The notes under the pieces: model-generated
What the model saw: only the letters and a program-made list of their open reading frames with translations
Databases searched by the model: none
What the model was told of the DNA's origin: nothing
In this document: one piece after another, positions 60,891 to 64,000 of the stretch
Layout: the number at the start of each line of letters is the position of its first letter
Position numbering within the stretch: position 1 is the stretch's first letter
Assembly: GCA_964016885.1 (NCBI GenBank)
Contig: OZ024740.1
Span: forward strand, 429,784,001-429,848,000
DNA length: 64,000 nucleotides
Direction: 5' to 3'
Source of the DNA: Eledone cirrhosa
Taxonomy: Eukaryota
Position numbers and translations under genes: made by a program

Positions 60891-63800
60891 TTATTTAGAA
60901 TAATATAACAGTAATGATATAGGTTGTAATATTAGGTTGTTATTTAGAATAATATAACAGTAATGATATAGGTTGTAATATTAGGTTGTTATTTAGAATA
61001 ATATAACAGTAATGATATAGGTAGTAATATTAGGTTGTTATTTAGAATAATATAACAGTAATGATATAGGTAGTAATATTAGGTGTTATTTAAAATAATA
61101 TAACAGTAATGATATAGGTAGTATATTAGGTTGTTATTTAGAATAATATAACAGTAATGATATAGGAAGTAATATTAGGTTGTTATTTAGAATAATATAA
61201 CAGTAATGATATAGGAAGTAATATTAGGTTGTTATTTAGAATAATATAACAGTAATGATATAGGTTGTAATATTAGGTTGTTATTTAGAATAATATAACA
61301 GTAATGATATAGGTAGTAATATTAGGTTGTTATTTAGAATAATATAACAGTAATGATATAGGTAGTAATATTAGGTTGTTATTTAGAATAATATAACAGT
61401 AATGATATAGGAAGTAATATTAGGTTGTTATTTAGAATAATATAACAGTAATGATATAGGTTGTAATATTAGGTTGTTATTTAGAATAATATAACAGTAA
61501 TGATATAGGTAGTAATATTAGGTTGTTATTTAGAATAATATAACAGTAATGATATAGGTAGTAATATTAGGTTGTTATTTAGAATAATATAACAGTAATG
61601 ATATAGGAAGTAATATTAGGTTGTTATTTAGAATAATATAACAGTAATGATATAGGTTGTAATATTAGGTTGTTATTTAGAATAATATAACAGTAATGAT
61701 ATAGGTAGTAATATTAGGTTGTTATTTAGAACAATATAACAGTAATGATATAGGTAGTAATATTAGGTTGTTATTTAAAATAATATAACAGTAATGATAT
61801 AGGTAGTAATATTAGGTTGTTATTTAGAATAATATAACAGTAATGATATAGGAAGTAATATTAGGTTGTTATTAGAATAATATAACTGTAATGATATAGG
61901 TAGTAATATTAGGTTGTTATTTAGAATAATATAACAGTAATGATATAGGAAGTAATATTAGGTTGTTATTTAGAATAATATAACAGTAATGATATAGGTT
62001 GTAATATTAGGTTGTTATTTAGAATAATATAACAGTAATGATATAGGTAGTAATATTAGGTTGTTATTTAGAATAATATAACAGTAATGATATAGGTAGT
62101 AATATTAGGTTGTTATTTAGAATAATATAACAGTAATGATATAGGTAGTAATATTAGGTTGTTATTTAGAATAATATAACAGTAATGATATAGGTAGTAA
62201 TATTAGGTTGTTATTTAAAATAATATAACAGTAATGATATAGGTAGTAATATTAGGTTGTTATTTAGAATAATATAACAGTAATAATATAGGTAGTAATA
62301 TTAGGTTGTTATTTAGAATAATATAACAGTAATGATATAGGTAGTAATATTTGGTTGTTATTTTGAATAATATAACAGTAATGATATAGGTAGTAATATT
62401 AGGTTGTTATTTAGAATAATATAACAGTAATGATATAGGTAGTAATATTAGGTTGTTATTTAAAATAATATAACAGTAATGATATAGGTAGTAATATGAG
62501 GTTATTATTTAGAATAATATAACAGTAATGATATAGGTAGTAATATTAGGTTGTTATTTAGAATAATATAACAGTAATGATATAGGTAGTAATATTAGGT
62601 TGTTATTTAGAATAATATAACAGTAATGATATAGGTAGTAATATTAGGTTGTTATTTAAATAATATAACAGTAATGATATAGTAGTAATATTAGGTTGTT
62701 ATTTAGAATAATATAACAGTAATGATATAGGTAGTAATATTAGGTTGTTATTTAGAATAATATAACAGTAATATATAGGTAGTAATATTAGGTTGTTATT
62801 TAGAATAATATAACAGTAATGATATAGGTAGTAATTTTAGGTTGTTATTTAAATAATATAACAGTAATGATATAGATAGTAATATTAGGTTGTTATTTCG
62901 AATAATATAACAGTAATGATATAGGTAGTAATATTAGGTTATTTAAATAATATAACAGTAATGATATAGGTAGTAATATTAGGTTGTTATTTAGAATAAT
63001 ATAACAGTAATGATATAGGAAGTAATATTAGGTGTTATTTAGAATAATATAACAGTAATGATATAGGTTGTAATATTAGGTTGTTATTTAGAATAATATA
63101 ACAGTAATGATATAGCTTGTAATATTAGGTTGTTATTTAGAATAATATAACTGTAATGATATAGGTAGTAATATTAGGTTGTTATTTAGAATAATATAAC
63201 AGTAATGATATAGGTAGTAATATTAGATTGTTATTTAAAATAATATAACAGTAATGATATAGGTAGTAATATTAGGTTGTTATTTAGAATAATATAACAG
63301 TAATGATATAGGTAGTAATATTAGGTTGTTATTTAGAATAATATAACAGTAATGATATAGGTAGTAATATTAGGTTGTTATTTAAATAATATAACAGTAA
63401 TGATATAGGTAGTAATATGAGGTTATTATTAGAATAATATAACAGTAATGATATAGGTAGTAATATTAGGTTGTTATTTAGAATAATATAACAGTAATGA
63501 TATAGGTAGTAATATTAGGTTGTTATTTAGAATAATATAACAGTAATGATATAGGTAGTAATATTAGGTTGTTATTTAAAATAATATAACAGTAATGATA
63601 TAGGTAGTAATATTAGGTTGTTATTTAGAATAATATAACAGTAATGATATAGGTAGAAATATTAGGTTGTTATTTAGAATAATATAACAGTAATGATATA
63701 GGTAGTAATATTAGGTTGTTATTTATAATAATATAACAGTAATGATATAGGTAGTAATATTAGGTTGTTATTTAGAATAATATAACAGTAATGATATAGG

Positions 63801-64000
63801 TAGTAATATTAGGTTGTTATTTAGAATAATATAACAGTAATGATATAGGTAGTAATATTAGGTTGTTATTTAAAATAATATAACAGTAATGATATAGGTA
63901 GTAATATTAGGTTGTTATTTAGAATAATATAACAGTAATGATATAGGAAGTAATATTAGGTTGTTATTTCGAATAATATAACAGTAATGATATAGGAAGT
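60891..64000 (-). repeat. Same 49-bp satellite in reverse orientation (~63 monomers); continues beyond the right edge
   Basis: The unit reads AATGATATAGGTAGTAATATTAGGTTGTTATTTAGAATAATATAACAGT, the exact reverse complement of the consensus. It carries the same variants, e.g. TAGCTTG near 63113 and TTTCGAA near 62896. Confidence 0.99.

Noticed and set aside
61080-63400. Excess of 1-2-bp deletions after the gap (e.g. ~61084, ~61122, ~61871, ~62660, ~62681, ~62771, ~63031) as an older diverged satellite layer
   Set aside because: They are mostly singleton homopolymer-type losses near a contig end on otherwise identical haplotypes, so low-coverage consensus errors are more likely. The same applies to single-base insertions at ~11977, ~15537, ~52918, ~55651, ~56141 and ~56495.
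1-64000. CRISPR array
   Set aside because: Repeats are directly adjacent with no unique spacers, there are no cas genes, and the only insert is a thrice-repeated SINE with a target duplication.
60891-64000. Telomeric repeat (TTAGG occurs once per monomer on the G-rich strand)
   Set aside because: It is a single pentamer per 49 bp, never tandem, and is expected by chance in this composition.

Overview
This window is non-coding eukaryotic satellite DNA. About 99% of it is a highly homogeneous tandem array of a 49-bp, ~20% GC monomer (consensus ACTGTTATATTATTCTAAATAACAACCTAATATTACTACCTATATCATT). There are roughly 1,220 copies on + from 1 to 60690, then a 200-N assembly gap (60691-60890), then about 63 copies in the opposite orientation. 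I found no protein-coding gene, rRNA, intact tRNA or CRISPR array. The only non-satellite sequence is a 186-bp tRNA-derived SINE-like element on the - strand, present three times (7616, 12797, 37725). It has Pol III A/B boxes and a 19-bp target-site duplication, and from memory it resembles cephalopod SINEs. Each copy is followed 85 bp later by the same 44-bp inverted satellite fragment, so one insertion plus one micro-inversion were copied together as the array expanded. Diagnostic single-base variants reveal nested higher-order repeats of 196 bp, 490 bp, 1.1-2.4 kb, ~4.06 kb, ~5.2 kb and loosely ~25 kb. I do not see evidence for a new enzymatic or defence system. The interest here is structural and evolutionary: a candidate (peri)centromeric array with a readable duplication history.
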